Positions 23,718 to 37,600 of a stretch of DNA of 64,000 bases are shown here, one piece after another; position 1 is the stretch's first letter; each line of letters begins with the position of its first letter. The notes under the pieces were generated by a model. It did not search any database and was not told the origin of the DNA. It saw only the letters and a list, made by a program, of their open reading frames with translations. Position numbers and translations under genes: made by a program. Source of the DNA: Macrostomum hystrix (taxonomy: Eukaryota; Animalia; Platyhelminthes); assembly GCA_950097015.1 (NCBI GenBank), contig CATNEN010000039.1, positions 9,548,001-9,612,000 of the forward strand. Reading direction: 5' to 3'.

Positions 23718-25639
23718 ACGAATGTGGTGCATATATGTCTTATTTGCAATATATTAGAGTATTAAGTTATTAATTCGGTCATTTCAGTAAACAGCCCGAA
23801 ATTGCCCAAAAAGCACAGTAAAAATATATTGTAATTGCCTAATAAACGTGTGATGTCATTTTTGAGACTTAGAAAGCACTTGAAAGTAAAAAAACTGAAA
23901 TCTAAAAATTTGTTTCTTAAAATTTTTTTACAGAGACGTATAACCTTATATACGCTTAAACATTTGTTTTAGTAACTTTAAGTGTACAATTTTAAAATAA
24001 GGATTTTGTCGAAATTTCGTAAATTTTATATTATTATTATCGTACATTCGTACATATACACAAATTTCCGTAGTATAACTACAGCTTATTGCTATTATGA
24101 GTCATACTTTATAGTAATAACTATAATTAACCCCCCGCTGTGACTACGACGTCAGGATAAACGTTACAGCATATACATTCACGTACAAATACAGATACCC
24201 GTTAAACAATAAACATACTAATACTATTAGTTTGCTACTAAAATCAACAATTAAATTTGTTGATTGAAAGGTTATTCATAATTTTTTTACTGCTAGTTAT
24301 ATTATATGTTAGGAAAACTAAAAAATCTAATATTACTATACATTTTTGAACGAAAATTGCTATGTTATGTATTGTTGGTGTTACAATGGACCAAGAACCA
24401 AAGGACCAAGACCGTCACACGCCACAACTGCCAAAGCGACAGTTGGGTGGGTTCAGGAGGAATAACTGATGTTCTTTTTTGGATAGCTTTGGCGGGTAGA
24501 CGAGGTTGTCAGCTGCCCAGTCGCATAGGCTTAGGCCTAATTCCAATTCAAATCCAGAGCAAAAACCCGAAATCTAAAGTAGTTTCTTAGGTTCTCAGGC
24601 TCTTACTTTTAGTGGGCAACAAATAATTCTTTATTGGGGACAATTGGATATGCATTTTATGTCACGATTTTAATAAAAAGTTTCTACTTTTTTATTTAGC
24701 TAGTTTAACTAAACATTGCAGTTTGTTAGTAAGAGCTCTGTTATGCTCATAGCTCATAACTATTTAATATTATTTGAATTTGAACATTAAACAAAATATT
24801 AGAAAATTATTGTTTATCAATTATTTTTATAGCAAAAAAGTAAATAGCTAGGAATAAGTATTTGTAATAAAAGTGATTGTTTTCTTTTTGCTAGTTCGTT
24901 ATGGCTAAAGGCTTTAAAACTATAAATAATGTGTAAATCTTAAAGGACACACATGCTATTCATATTAAATTTTGGTTTGACTTTTTATAACTCAGCTAAG
25001 TTATTGGTGCTTTGAATTGTATTTTTGTGATTATAGAATGCCTACTATTACTATTTTAACCTGTCCTACTAGATTGAACTGTCAGCTATGAGTTAAAACT
25101 TTAGGGAATTTTTTAAAAATTGAATCTACTAAGTATAAATACTTGCACATAAGCTATAGCTTTATCTTATATTAATTGCCATTTTAGTGCCTACAATGTA
25201 AATCATTGACAAGAGTCTGCAATACAGTATTTTAGTTTTTGTTTAGAACTAATAAATGTTTGTGAGTTGTAATATTCTTTCTTAATTGACTGCAAGCCAA
25301 AAAGGAATTCACATTATGAGCTTTTGTAATTGCCTTTTTTAATTTTAAGTTAAATATATGACTTAGCAAGTATTCTACTGTTAAATTAAATACTTCTATT
25401 AAAATTAAGGAACAGCATCAAATAATTGCTTCAAACTATGACTGTAGTAACAGCTGTCTTATAATATTTCTTTTCTAATAACTAAAAGTTTAATATTACA
25501 ATTTAAAGCTTATTAATTGTTTCGAATATTTGATATACATGCCACAGCAATTAAAACTTTTTTCAGCTTTCATATTTTCCATCAAACTGAGGCTAAAGGT
25601 TGACTAAGAAATGTTTGTTAACTGCGCAATGTCGCAGCA

Positions 25640-28600
25640 ATGAGCTACAGCCCAGTGCCACTGTTGGACACACCTGCAGCAGCATCAGCAATGGCCTCAA
25701 TGGGCGGTGGCGTCGGTGACTATTTTGGTGGCCTTGGCGGTAGCTCTGCTATGCCAAATGCCAGCACAGTGTCTACCCTGCCCCGCTATGTGCCGGCTAA
25801 GAATCCCTATCTGTCCAGGGCTGGGGGAATTGTACGAGAGCGCAGTCTGGAGAATCTCAATGCCCAGCAGCAGGCTCTGTTTCAACAATTTGATCCGGTA
25901 TCTGCCGCCGCTGTGGCCGCCTCGACTCCACTAGGCATGCCGATGCCGATGGAACGGCCCCGACCCGCCTCGGCGAGGATGTTCGACTATCCCGGCCTGA
26001 TGGAGGCTGGTGGCGTGGCTTCCATGAGGCGCGAGCATCAGTTTTATAGGTGAGCAACTTTCGGAGCTTATGTCCTTTGATTTTATTTTGTGACTCATGA
26101 AATTGGGCGAATAGCTGGTAAAAGCTGACAGCTATTCCGGCCAATCAGCGCGAGCCTAAAGGATAGAAAAATTCTAGCTAATACTTTAAGGCCACTCCAG
26201 CCAATCAGCGGTGAGCTTAGAGAAAGAGAGAAAACTCTAATAATAAGGCTTGAATGTTTCCGCAGCTACTCAGTTGAATGCAAATACAGTGCTTATGATC
26301 AAGAAATAGAGAAATAGAAACAAAGAAAATTGTGAGAATATCTGAAAGATTTAATGGATCTAAAAAGTCAAAAGAATCAAGATCTCTATTCAAGTCTAGT
26401 CAACTGAATCTCTTTATAAGACTTTCTATGATTTCAAAATCAGCTGGGGACTTGCGTAAATGACATTTTCATTATTTGCTGCTGCCTGTTGCTGACACAC
26501 TGGGAGATGAGTGCTAAAATGAGTGTTATTTGATAAGAAAAAAATATAATCAGGGTGGCTCTCTTGTGTAGCGACGAGCTCCCTCCCGCTCCCAAAAATG
26601 ACCGCCCAACCAGCCAGTCTGCGGACTCGGCTCGCGACTGCTTCTCAAATCCCTTCCCGTGACCGCTACCCTTCGGCTTCATCTCTACCCCTGCCGGACT
26701 GGCCCCGGCACCGCCACTAGCCGCTGCCCACCCGCCTGCGAAGTGATTTGTGAGCCCCTTCGTCGCCTCCTTCCAAATCCTGCCTCACCTCGATTCTCCT
26801 CTCCTTCCTGCCGCCTGCTCTGCTCATTGTACTTGCCGGCCGGCCTGTACTCAAACTGCTAGCGTTTTTAATGCTTGCAGTGCTATATATAATCCTGGGT
26901 GTTTTTCTGGCCGCTAGACAGGAGAAAGAGAGAGAGCTTTCGTTAAGAGCTCAAGGTAAATTAAATCCCTCAGGGACAATTTAGGCACTGAAGCCTGGTG
27001 CTCATTGGTAAGCGCTTTTGTGAATTTGAAAGTACTTTTTAAGTTCGCGAACTGCTACACCTTCCAGATACCCGATTCCAACTGCTACCCCTTCCAGATC
27101 CCCGATTCCTACTGCTACCCCTTCCAGATCCCAGATTCCTACTGCTACCCCTTCCAGATCCCAGATTCCTACTGCTACCCCTTCCAGATCCCAAATTCCT
27201 ACTGCTACCCCTTCCAGATACCCGATTCCAACTGCTACCCCTTCCAGATCCCAAATTCCTACTGCTACCCCTTCCAGATACCCGATTCCAACTGCTACCC
27301 CTTCCAGATCCCAAATTCCTACTGCTACCCCTTCCAGATACCCGATTCCTACTGCTACCCCTTCCAGATCCCCGATTCCTACTGCTACCCCTTCCAGATC
27401 CCAAATTCCTACTGGTACCCCTTCCAGATCCCCGACTGCAACTGCTACCCCTTCCAGATCTCCGATTCCTACTGGTACCCCTTCCAGTATTCCAGATCCC
27501 CTTCCCCTTCCAGATCCCCAATTCCTTCAGTCATCCCCTCCAGATCCCCAATTCCTTCAGTCATCCCCTCCAGATCCCCAATTCCTTCAGTCATCCCCTC
27601 CAGATCTCCAATTCCAACGACCACCTCTTACAGACCCATATTTTACAGCCATTAATTCCCTAGATTCCCTGAAGCCTCTTAACACTGACTCGGTGCGATG
27701 ATCATAATGATGAATGGGAAACTATCCGTCTTTGGAAACTGAATTGAGCTGTCTAATGCGCTGACAATAAAAAGGGTGGAGATTGATGAATAGGAAAATA
27801 GTATTTTATTGATGCCGCCGCTGTCTGGCTGCCTGTTTAGGTTATGGTGGCGTGAGTGTTTTTAGCAGCGGTGATTAATAACTCGATATTAAAGCTCATA
27901 GCAGGTAAGAACTAAGCTAGCGACTAGTAGCTTATTGCACTCTGAGATTCTAGCAATGTACTTTTACTTAAATAGACCTGGTTGACACATCCTACATGCT
28001 CTTATTGTATTAGTGCAGCTTGACCGGCTCCGTATACCCTGTCCTAAGTGATTTATTAGGCTCCCTAAATTCTCCCATGGACAATTATTATTTGCGGAAA
28101 AGGGGTAGCCCATATAGCCCACCAAATTTATGTAGGCTCAAGAAAGTCTTCAATTGTCTTGCCTGGCTTCAAAGATATATTTTCTGAACTTTATCTCTTA
28201 CAATCACCGTTCTTAACTAGCTGGCTAACGCTTTGAGCAGCCAAGCAGGCTAAAGGCTTGGGGTGGTAAAGGCAAGCCACTCACAGGTCTAGTGTGGTAG
28301 AGGCAATAGAGGCAAGCCACTCACAGACCTAGTGTGTTAGAGTCAAGCCACTCACAGACCTAGTGTGTTAGAGTCAAGCCACTCACAGACCTAGTGTGGT
28401 AGAGTCAAGCCACTCACAGACCTAGTGTGGTAGAGGCAAGCCACTCACAAACCTAGTGTGGTAGAGGCAAGCCACTCACAAACCTAGTGTGGTAGAGGCA
28501 AGCCACTCACAGACCTAGTGTGGTAGAGGCAAGCCACTCACAGACCTAGTGTGGTAGAGGCAAGCCACTCACAAACCTAGTGTGGTAGAGGCAAGCCACT

Positions 28601-31600
28601 CACAAACCTAGTGTGGTAGAGGCAAGCCACTCACAAACCTAGTGTGGTAGAGGCCAGCCACTCACAGACCTAGTGTGGTAGAGGCAAGCCACTCACAAAC
28701 CTAGTGTGGTAGAGGCCAGCCACTCACAAACCTAGTGTGGTAGAGGCCAGCCACTCACAAACCTAGTGTGGTAGAGGCAACCCACTCACAAACCTAGTGT
28801 GGTAGAGGCAAGCCACTCACAAACCTAGTGTGGTAGAGGCCAGCCACTCACAAACCTAGTGTGGTAGAGGCAACCCACTCACAGACCTAGTGTGGTAGAG
28901 GCAAGCCACTCACAGACCTCGGGTGGAAGAGGCAACCCACTCACAGACCTAGTGTGGTAGAGGCAAGCCACTCACAGACCTAGTGTGGTAGAGGCAAGCC
29001 ACTCACAGACCTAGTGTGGTAGAGGCAAGCCACTCACAAACCTAGTGTGGTAGAGGCAAGCCACTCACAAACCTAGTGTGGTAGAGGCAAGCCACTCACA
29101 GACCTAGTGTGGTAGAGGCAAGCCACTCACAGACCTAGTGTGGTAGAGGCAAGCCACTCACAGACCTAGTGTGGTAGAGGCAAGCCACTCACAAACCTAG
29201 TGTGGTAGAGGCAAGCCACTCACAAACCTAGTGTGGTAGAGGCCAGCCACTCACAGACCTAGTGTGGTAGAGGCCAGCCACTCACAGACCTAGTGTGGTA
29301 GAGGCAAGCCACTCACAAACCTAGTGTGGTAGAGGCCAGCCACTCACAAACCTAGTGTGGTAGAGGCAAGCCACTCACAAACCTAGTGTGGTAGAGTCAA
29401 GCCACTCACAGACCTAGTGTGGTAGAGGCAACCCACTCACAAACCTAGTGTGGTAGAGGCAAGCCACTCACAAACCTAGGGTGTTAGAGTCAAGCCACTC
29501 ACAGACCTAGTGTGGTAGAGGCAACCCACTCACAGACCTAGTGTGGTAGAGGCCAGCCACTCACAGACCTAGTGTGGTAGAGGCCAGCCACTCACAAACC
29601 TAGTGTGGTAGAGGCAAGCCACTCACAAACCTAGTGTGGTAGAGGCAAGCCACTCACAAACCTAGTGTGGTAGAGGCCAGCCACTCACAGACCTAGTGAG
29701 GTAGAGGCAACCCACTCACAGACCTAGTGTGGTAGAGGCAACCCACTCACAAACCTAGTGTGGTAGAGGCCAGCCACTCACAAACCTAGTGTGGTAGAGG
29801 CAACCCACTCACAAACCTAGTGTGGTAGAGGCCAGCCACTCACAAACCTAGTGTGGTAGAGGCCAGCCACTCACAAACCTAGTGTGGTAGAGGCAAGCCA
29901 CTCACAAACCTAGTGTGGTAGAGGCAAGCCACTCACAAACCTAGGGTGTTAGAGTCAAGCCACTCACAGACCTAGTGTGGTAGAGGCAACCCACTCACAG
30001 ACCTAGTGTGGTAGAGGCCAGCCACTCACAGACCTAGTGTGTTAGAGTCAAGCCACTCACAGACCTAGTGTGGTAGAGTCAAGCCACTCACAGACCTAGT
30101 GTGGTAGAGGCAAGCCACTCACAGACCTAGTGTGGTAGAGGCAAGCCACTCACAAACCTAGGGTGTTAGAGTCAAGCCACTCACAAACCTAGTGTGGTAG
30201 AGGCAACCCACTCACAGACCTAGTGTGGTAGAGGCAAGCCACTCACAGACCTAGTGTGGTAGAGGCAATAGATGCCAGCCACTCACAGACCTAGGGTGGT
30301 AGAGGCAAGCCACTCATAGACCCAAGGACCAACTCAACAGTAGCGACCTACACAAAAGTCACACAGATCGCATTGTCTAGAATATCGCATCCCTATTTTC
30401 TCTCCTACCTCAGCCCTAGGACCGCTTCTCTAGAGCGATCCGCCGCGGCAGCCGCGGCGGCCAATAACCTGCTACCTGGCCAGCCGCCGATGCCCTACTC
30501 AGCTGCGGGCAATCCACACCCGATGACTGGACCTGGCATGCGGCATCAGCGCTCGCTGAGCTACGAGCTTGGCGGCGGCGATCCGCCAGCCATTCACCCA
30601 CTGGCTGTTGATCCGTTCTCGGCCTTGCCCCTGCCCCAGCAGCCGCCTCCGCCGCAGCCTAAAGGCTTCTGGGCTCCGCCGCCTCCGGACATGTCTATGG
30701 CCGGCCCCGGGCCGTCCAATCCGATGGGCGCCTTGGCTGGCAAGCGATTTCCGCCGGTGGGCGCGGCCGGACTGCCTTATCAGCCGCCCGGCAAGATCTC
30801 TGAGCAGTTGCACAATTTGCACATGGAGAAGCAGGTAAAAACAAACTAGATTTCTCATTTATCTTGGCCTATTCCTTTTTAAATAGATTGGGGATGGTTG
30901 CCTAGTAGTTAGGGCGTCTTTATCCCGACTTAAAGGTTAGGGGTTCGATTCCCGATTCTCCTGGAACAAATTGTCATTTAGCAAAACAGTTGAGTTAGCC
31001 TTGCTGTTAAATATGTACCAGCTTCTGCTGGGGTAATTGAGATGGTGTGTGGGGCGTCCCCCCAGTCCATGGACTGAACAGCTGCGTTCATAGAAAGCGC
31101 ACATAGAAATCTAGACCTTTTTGCTCAGTGGTTGGAGTTTCGCTTATCTTACTGAAACGTCGAGACTTCGAATCTCAGTCTCAGTCAGGGAGAAGACACC
31201 GAATTTCATAATCCTTCACTTCACTTATTCTTTTTTCTATTATTGATTATCTTTTTATTTTTGATTTCACCGCAGGATCTGGAGAAGGCCATCCGAGAGA
31301 TTGGCCTGATGAAGCGCGACTACGAATCCCTGCGCGGCGAGTCGCGTCACCTGCAGACCCTGCAGAACCTGCTAGACAGCAAGGATCAGCGCATTGTGAC
31401 ACTGGAGAGCGAGATTCGACTACTGGAGGACGAACTGGCCAGATTGCGCGAGGAGGGATTGAAGACGCCGACGTCTTCTTCTAGCGGCTTTGAAGATGCC
31501 GACAGGCTCATCCAACAGTTGCGCAACACTGAGCGCGTGCTCAAGGGTGAGATTTAGAGCTGCTGCTTTGCTATTTTTATGAGAGCAGTTTGTGGCTTAA

Positions 31601-34600
31601 CCGTGAGTAAGCAAGTGAGTGAGTAAGTGAGTGAGTGAGTGAGTGAGTGACTGAGTGAGTGAGTGAGTGAGTGAGTGATTGAGTGAGTGAGTGAGTGAGT
31701 AAGTGAGTGAGTGAGTGAGTGAGTAAGTGAGTGAGTGAGTGACTGAGTGAGTGAGTGAGTGAGTGAGTGAGTGAGTGAGTGAGTAAGTGAGTGAGTGAGT
31801 GACTGAGTGAGTGAGTGAGTGACTGAGTGAGTGAGTGAGTGAGTAAGTGAGTGAGTGAGTGAGTAAGTGAGTAAGTGAGTGAGTGAGTGAGTGAGTGACT
31901 GAGTGAGTGAGTGAGTGACTGAGTGACTGAGTGACTGAGTGACTGAGTGAGTGAGTGACTGAGTGAGTGAGTGAGTGAGTGAGTGAGTGAGTGATTGAGT
32001 GAGTGAGTGAGTGAGTGAGTGAGTGAGTGAGTGAGTGAGTGAGTTAGTCAGTTAGTTATTGAGTAAGTGAGTGAGTGAGTGAGTGAATCAAGCAAGCGAG
32101 TAAAGCAAATGAGCTAACTCTATTTAATTAAATCCATTTAAGTTGTTTTTTAACCAGCCTTGTAGTTATTAAACCCTACAGGTATCAGACAAATTAATGC
32201 TTTCCCCTTATTGAGTTCATTTTTTTCTCGCCTACTCATTAGCGCCCACCCTCCGCCCGCAGGCAAGGTGGAGTACCTCACCCAGGAGCTGGCCAGGCGA
32301 GACTCCGAGTGCGCCGCCGCCCAGTCCAGACTGGAGATGAGCGACAAGCAGCAGAGCGACAGCTCGCATCACATCAATGTGCTCAAAGAGCAGCTCAAAG
32401 CTAGGGATCACAAGATCCAGATGCTCGGTTAGTAGATTTGCAGATGCCACTGTGAAATATGAAATTGTTATATATACGAGTTATTTCACTCTCTTGAATA
32501 TGGGAGACAAATGACATCGGGTACAGTTGGGCCAAATGTACAGCCGGTGGCATACTACTACTGCTAATAATAATAATAATAATAATTGCAGGAGGACTGT
32601 GTGCACTGGCATACCATTTGGTGGTACTGGACCTTCAGCCAGCGAGGAGGCAATTCTGTCCGCTTCGCTGACTGCTGAGCACACACTCACACAGGTGTGT
32701 ATATCTGCCCTGACTTTCTCAACGTCAGGCAGTGTACACTCTTACTGTGCCTTGGATTTTGGCCCTCAAGGGCGTAAATTGCACGACAAGCCCCCAAGCC
32801 TTCTCTCCGCGGCTGCGCCCCAATTGAATGTGGCCTCGCCGCGGAATCGAGCTCAGGGACCTTGGCGCGAGAGGCAAAGGCCGCGTACAGCTGTTCGGTC
32901 CATGGACTGTGGAGGGGTCACCACACCCAATATGCTGTTAAACATTTTGCAGCTGCAAAAGACTGAAGCAAAATGGGTTAGGCCGCAAAATGGCCGTCAC
33001 CCGTTCATAGTTTTTTGTGTGCGTACATGGGTGCGCGCGTGTCCCGCCTCCCCCCAGAGACAGCCTGGCAACAGGCTTTAGTCTATAGACGGAACTCGAT
33101 CATCATGATGAAACTGAGACTGGGTGATAAAAATATATGTGAGAATTTGCAACACATCCCAACAAGAATTTTCCCTTATCGATTTTTGTAGGCTATTTAA
33201 TGTACTTTTAACATTATTCCAACCTTCCTCGTGTCCCATTTCAGTGTTATTTAGTATAGAAAATATTTCATCGCCAAGTGGTTTAACTTGCAGTAGACAT
33301 CAATAACTCTCTCCATTTACAGGTTCTATATTTAGGGATCCATGAATTAGCTAGACAGTTTAATAGGAAAATTGGGGTAAGAGATGCCATATGGCTCTGT
33401 TCCACTTGAGTAAGATTGCAAAGCTTCTTCAGTTATAATATTTTACTCTTTTTCTCTCCCGTGTCTCGCAGTGCTGGCAGCACTTCACTTTCATGCCATG
33501 CCACCCCCTCCAATCTTCTTCTAGCCTTCTAACCCCTAACTTTATTATGCTCTGCGGTTTAACTCATTCTTGGGAATAGACCGGTTTTTGCACTTTTACA
33601 AGAGCCACGACAGCGGACTGGAGTTTTCAGAGATGTGGAAGCTTCCGTTGCTTCTAAAGCATCAAATATTTGTCTAATGGCCAGTTGATGCTTCGGGACG
33701 TTATTGCTGACTCGGAGCTCTCATAGAATACGGCCTTGTTTTAGTAGTCGCCTCCAGTCCATCTGCCTCAGAGATTTCCCTGCTACAGCCGGAATTCGCT
33801 GCTTCTTCAGCCATCTACTGCTACCTCAGGCATCCGCCGTTTCCTCAGGGATCCCTCCGTTTCCTCAGGTATCGGTCATTTCCTCAGGAATCCACCGTAT
33901 CATCAGGTATCCGAAAATTTCTCAGGGATCCACCGTTTCCTCAGGTATCCGACATTTTCTCAGGGATCCACCGTTTCCCCAGGGATCCGCTGTTTTCTCA
34001 GGGATCCACCGTTTCCTCAGGGATCCACCGTTTCCTCAGGGATCCCTCCGTTTCCTCAGGTATCCCTACGTTTCCTCAGGGATCCCTCCGTTTCCTCAGG
34101 GATCCCTACGTTTCCTCAGGGATCCACCGTTTCCTCAGGGATCCCTCCGTTTCCTCAGGTATCCCTACGTTTCCTCAGGGATCCCTCCGTTTCCTCAGGG
34201 ATCCCTACGTTTCCTCAGGGATCCCTACGTTTCCTCAGGGATCCCTCCGTTTCCTCAGGGATCCCTACGTTTCCTCAGGGATCCCTCCGTTTCCTCAGGG
34301 ATCCCTCCGTTTCCTCAGGGATCCCTACGTTTCCTCAGGGATCCCTACGTTTCCTCAGGGATCCCTACGTTTCCTCAGGGATCCCTCCGTTTCCTCAGGG
34401 ATTCACTAATTCATCAGGGATCCACTGTTTCTTCTAACAGGCACGGATCTGGAGGACATGCGGAAGCGGCTAAAAGAGAAAGAAGTACTGCTAGACAAGA
34501 AGAACAAGATGGTCACCACCCTGCAGAACGAGAAGCGCGTCTTTGAAGTGCAGCTTAGCGAGGCCAAAGACAACCTGGACCTCAAGGAGCGTAAAGTGTC

Positions 34601-37600
34601 TGTGCTGCAACGCAAGGTGGAGAATCTGGAGGCCCTGCTCAATGACAAAGAGACTCAGCTGAGCACAACTAAGCTGCGCATTCAAGACCTGTCGAACGAG
34701 TCTCAACAGTCGCTGGAGGTGAAGTCCGCCATACAGGAGGCCCTGGCCGAGCGCGATCGCCTGTTGGAACGCTTGAAGGCCCAGAAGGATCGCCTGGAGC
34801 AGGAAAACGAGCTGGAGCTGGCAAATCACAAGAAGATTGCCAGCGAGCTCAAAGCCAAGATTGACAGCTTGCAACGTGAACTGGAAGAGAAGTCGAGCAA
34901 CCTCACCGAGCTGCGCGATCAGATCTCCGATGTTCGCGGCGAGAAGTTCAAGCTGGAGAGCGCCCTGTCCGCTAAACAGAGCGAGATCTCAGGTGAGTTC
35001 TAGGGCAGTGTCATTTTCAATGTCAATAGTGCCATTTTCAATGTCAATAGTGTCCTTTTCAATGTCAATAGTGCCATTTTCAATGTCAATAGTGCCATTT
35101 TCAATGTCAATTGTTTCAATGCCATTTTCTGTATAGAGTGCCATTTTCTCTATCGAGAGTGACATTTTCTGTATCGAGAGTGTCATTTTCAGCATTGAGA
35201 GTGCCATTTTCAGCATTGAGAGTGCCATTTTCTGAATAGTGTTGTTTTTTATCGATTATTCCATTTTCTATTTCGAGAGTGCCATTTCCAAAATCTTTAG
35301 TGCCATTTCCAAAATCTTGAGTGCCATTTCCTACATTGATAGTGCCATTTTCTCACCAAGAGTGCCAGTTCCTATATTGATAGTGCCATTTTCTCACCAA
35401 GAGTGCCAGTTCCTACATTGATAGTGCCATTTTCTCACCAAGAGTGCCAGTTCCTATATTGATAGTGCCATTTTCTTACCAAGAGTGCCAGTTCCTATAT
35501 TGATAGTTCCATTTTCTCACCAAGAGTGCCAGTTCCTATATTGATAGTGCCATTTTCTTACCAAGAGTGCCAGTTCCTATATTGATAGTTCCATTTTCTC
35601 ACCAAGAGTGCCAGTTCCTATATTGATAGTGCCATTTTCTCACCAAGAGTGCCAGTTCCTATATCTAGAGGATCCTTTCCAATATCGAGTGCAACCTTCA
35701 ATCTGCGAATAGCAAAGTGCATTTCTAGTGGTAAGAAGACACCTTTTAACGTAAATCAATCAATCTTATTGATAGATTATACGTCTGTCGTGGATGTGCC
35801 AATCGAAATCTGTACTCTTATTTGATCATCATTTACGAGGGGAAAAGTTTGGGGTGGCTAGTCTGATCGAAACTCTTCAGTGATAACTTGATCCTCAACG
35901 GCTGAGTCCACTACTTATCTTATCCTGTCTGGATGCCATTCTTGCTAGCTATTGAGTAGGGCCTGTTTTATTTTTAGTAACAGTCCGTGAATATTGCTGT
36001 TTGCTGATCGATCGCTATTAAACCACCTGGATGTTATCTGATCGCTTTGTCCACAATAATCCTAGCCGACTCACAGTCTTGGCTCATCTTTGGTAGTACT
36101 CATTCTTACTTTCTGTATCTCTCTCTCTCTTGCTATCTCTGCTTAATTATGCGATTGATTAATTATTCAGTCAATAAACTTATAGGCTCAGAGTTTGGGT
36201 TAGCAAGGAAATAACAGTTCTACTTAACGGATACAACTTAATGTCCCAAAATGCTATGGGATAAATGTATATCTAGGGGCATTATAATCTGGGGATTAAT
36301 AACATTCTTAGTAAAGGATATCTAGCGGATAGCATTAAAACTGAAATTCTATCAAGGGTATAAAATTCGCACAAAGGGGATAGCAAAGAAATAACATTCA
36401 AAATTTAGGGATATCATAGGAATAACATTCAAAGTTTGGGGATATCATGGGAATAACATTCAAACTTTAGGGATATCATAGGAATAACATACAAAATTAC
36501 GGGATATCATAGGAATAACATTCAAACTTTGGGGATATCATAGGAATAACATACAAAATTACGGGATATCATAGGAATAACATTCAAACTTTGGGGATAT
36601 CATAGGAATAACATACAAAATTACGGGATATCATAGGAATAACATTCAAACTTTGGGGATATCATAGGAATAACATACAAAATTACGGGATATCATAGGA
36701 ATAACATACAAAATTACGGGATATCATAGGAATAACATTCAAACTTTGGGATATCAAGGGAATAACATTCAAACTTTGGGGATATCAAAGGGATAACATT
36801 CGATCGAAGGGGATATCAAAGGGATAACATTCAAATGAAGGGGATATCATGGGGATAACATTCAAATGAAAGGGATATCATGGGGATAACATTCAAATGA
36901 AGGGGATAACATTCGATCGAAGGGGATATCAAGTGGATAACATTCAAATGAAGGGGATGGATATCATGGGGATAACATTCAAATGAAGGGGATATCAAGG
37001 GGATAATATTCAAATGAAGGGGATATCATGGGGATAACATTCAAATGAAGGGGATGGATATCATGGGGATAACATTCAAATGAAGGGGATATCAAGGGGA
37101 TAATATTCAAATGAAGGGGATATCAAGGGGATAATATTCAAATGAAGGGGATATCATGGGGATAACATTCAAATGAAGGGGATATCATGGGGATAACATT
37201 CAAATGAAGGGGATATTAAGTAGGTTAACGGTACAACGAGTACTTGTATTAAATTGTACTAAAATTGATTTTTAATAGAGTGTTGAATGTGAAGAATCTG
37301 TTATTGTGCCCCTGCAAAAACAGATCCTAGTATTTTTATGTCGGTGCAAGCGAGTATTTATTATCCCCTGTGTTCATCAATCGAAGTGCAATATAATATT
37401 ATTTATAGTATGCCTTGATTGAATATGATGCTTAGGCCAATTTGCACTATAGAGGCGCAGTTGCTCAAGAAGGATGCCATTTCGCTTGGATCTTTCGAGA
37501 CCTTCTTCTCCGGCCCTTCAAAGCCTGTTGTGGCCGGAGGTGGGGGGGCACTCCGGGGGGGACGCTTGGCACTCAAATAAAAGTAAGTCAATTCGGCGTA

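Noticed and set aside
27005-27655. YCYPFQIPDS and GSGRGSS repeat ORFs
   Set aside because: Translations of an intronic 30-bp minisatellite with no supported splice connection.
28270-30320. 31-bp partly palindromic repeat resembling a CRISPR array
   Set aside because: Units are head-to-tail with no unique spacers, there are no cas genes, and the context is a eukaryotic intron.
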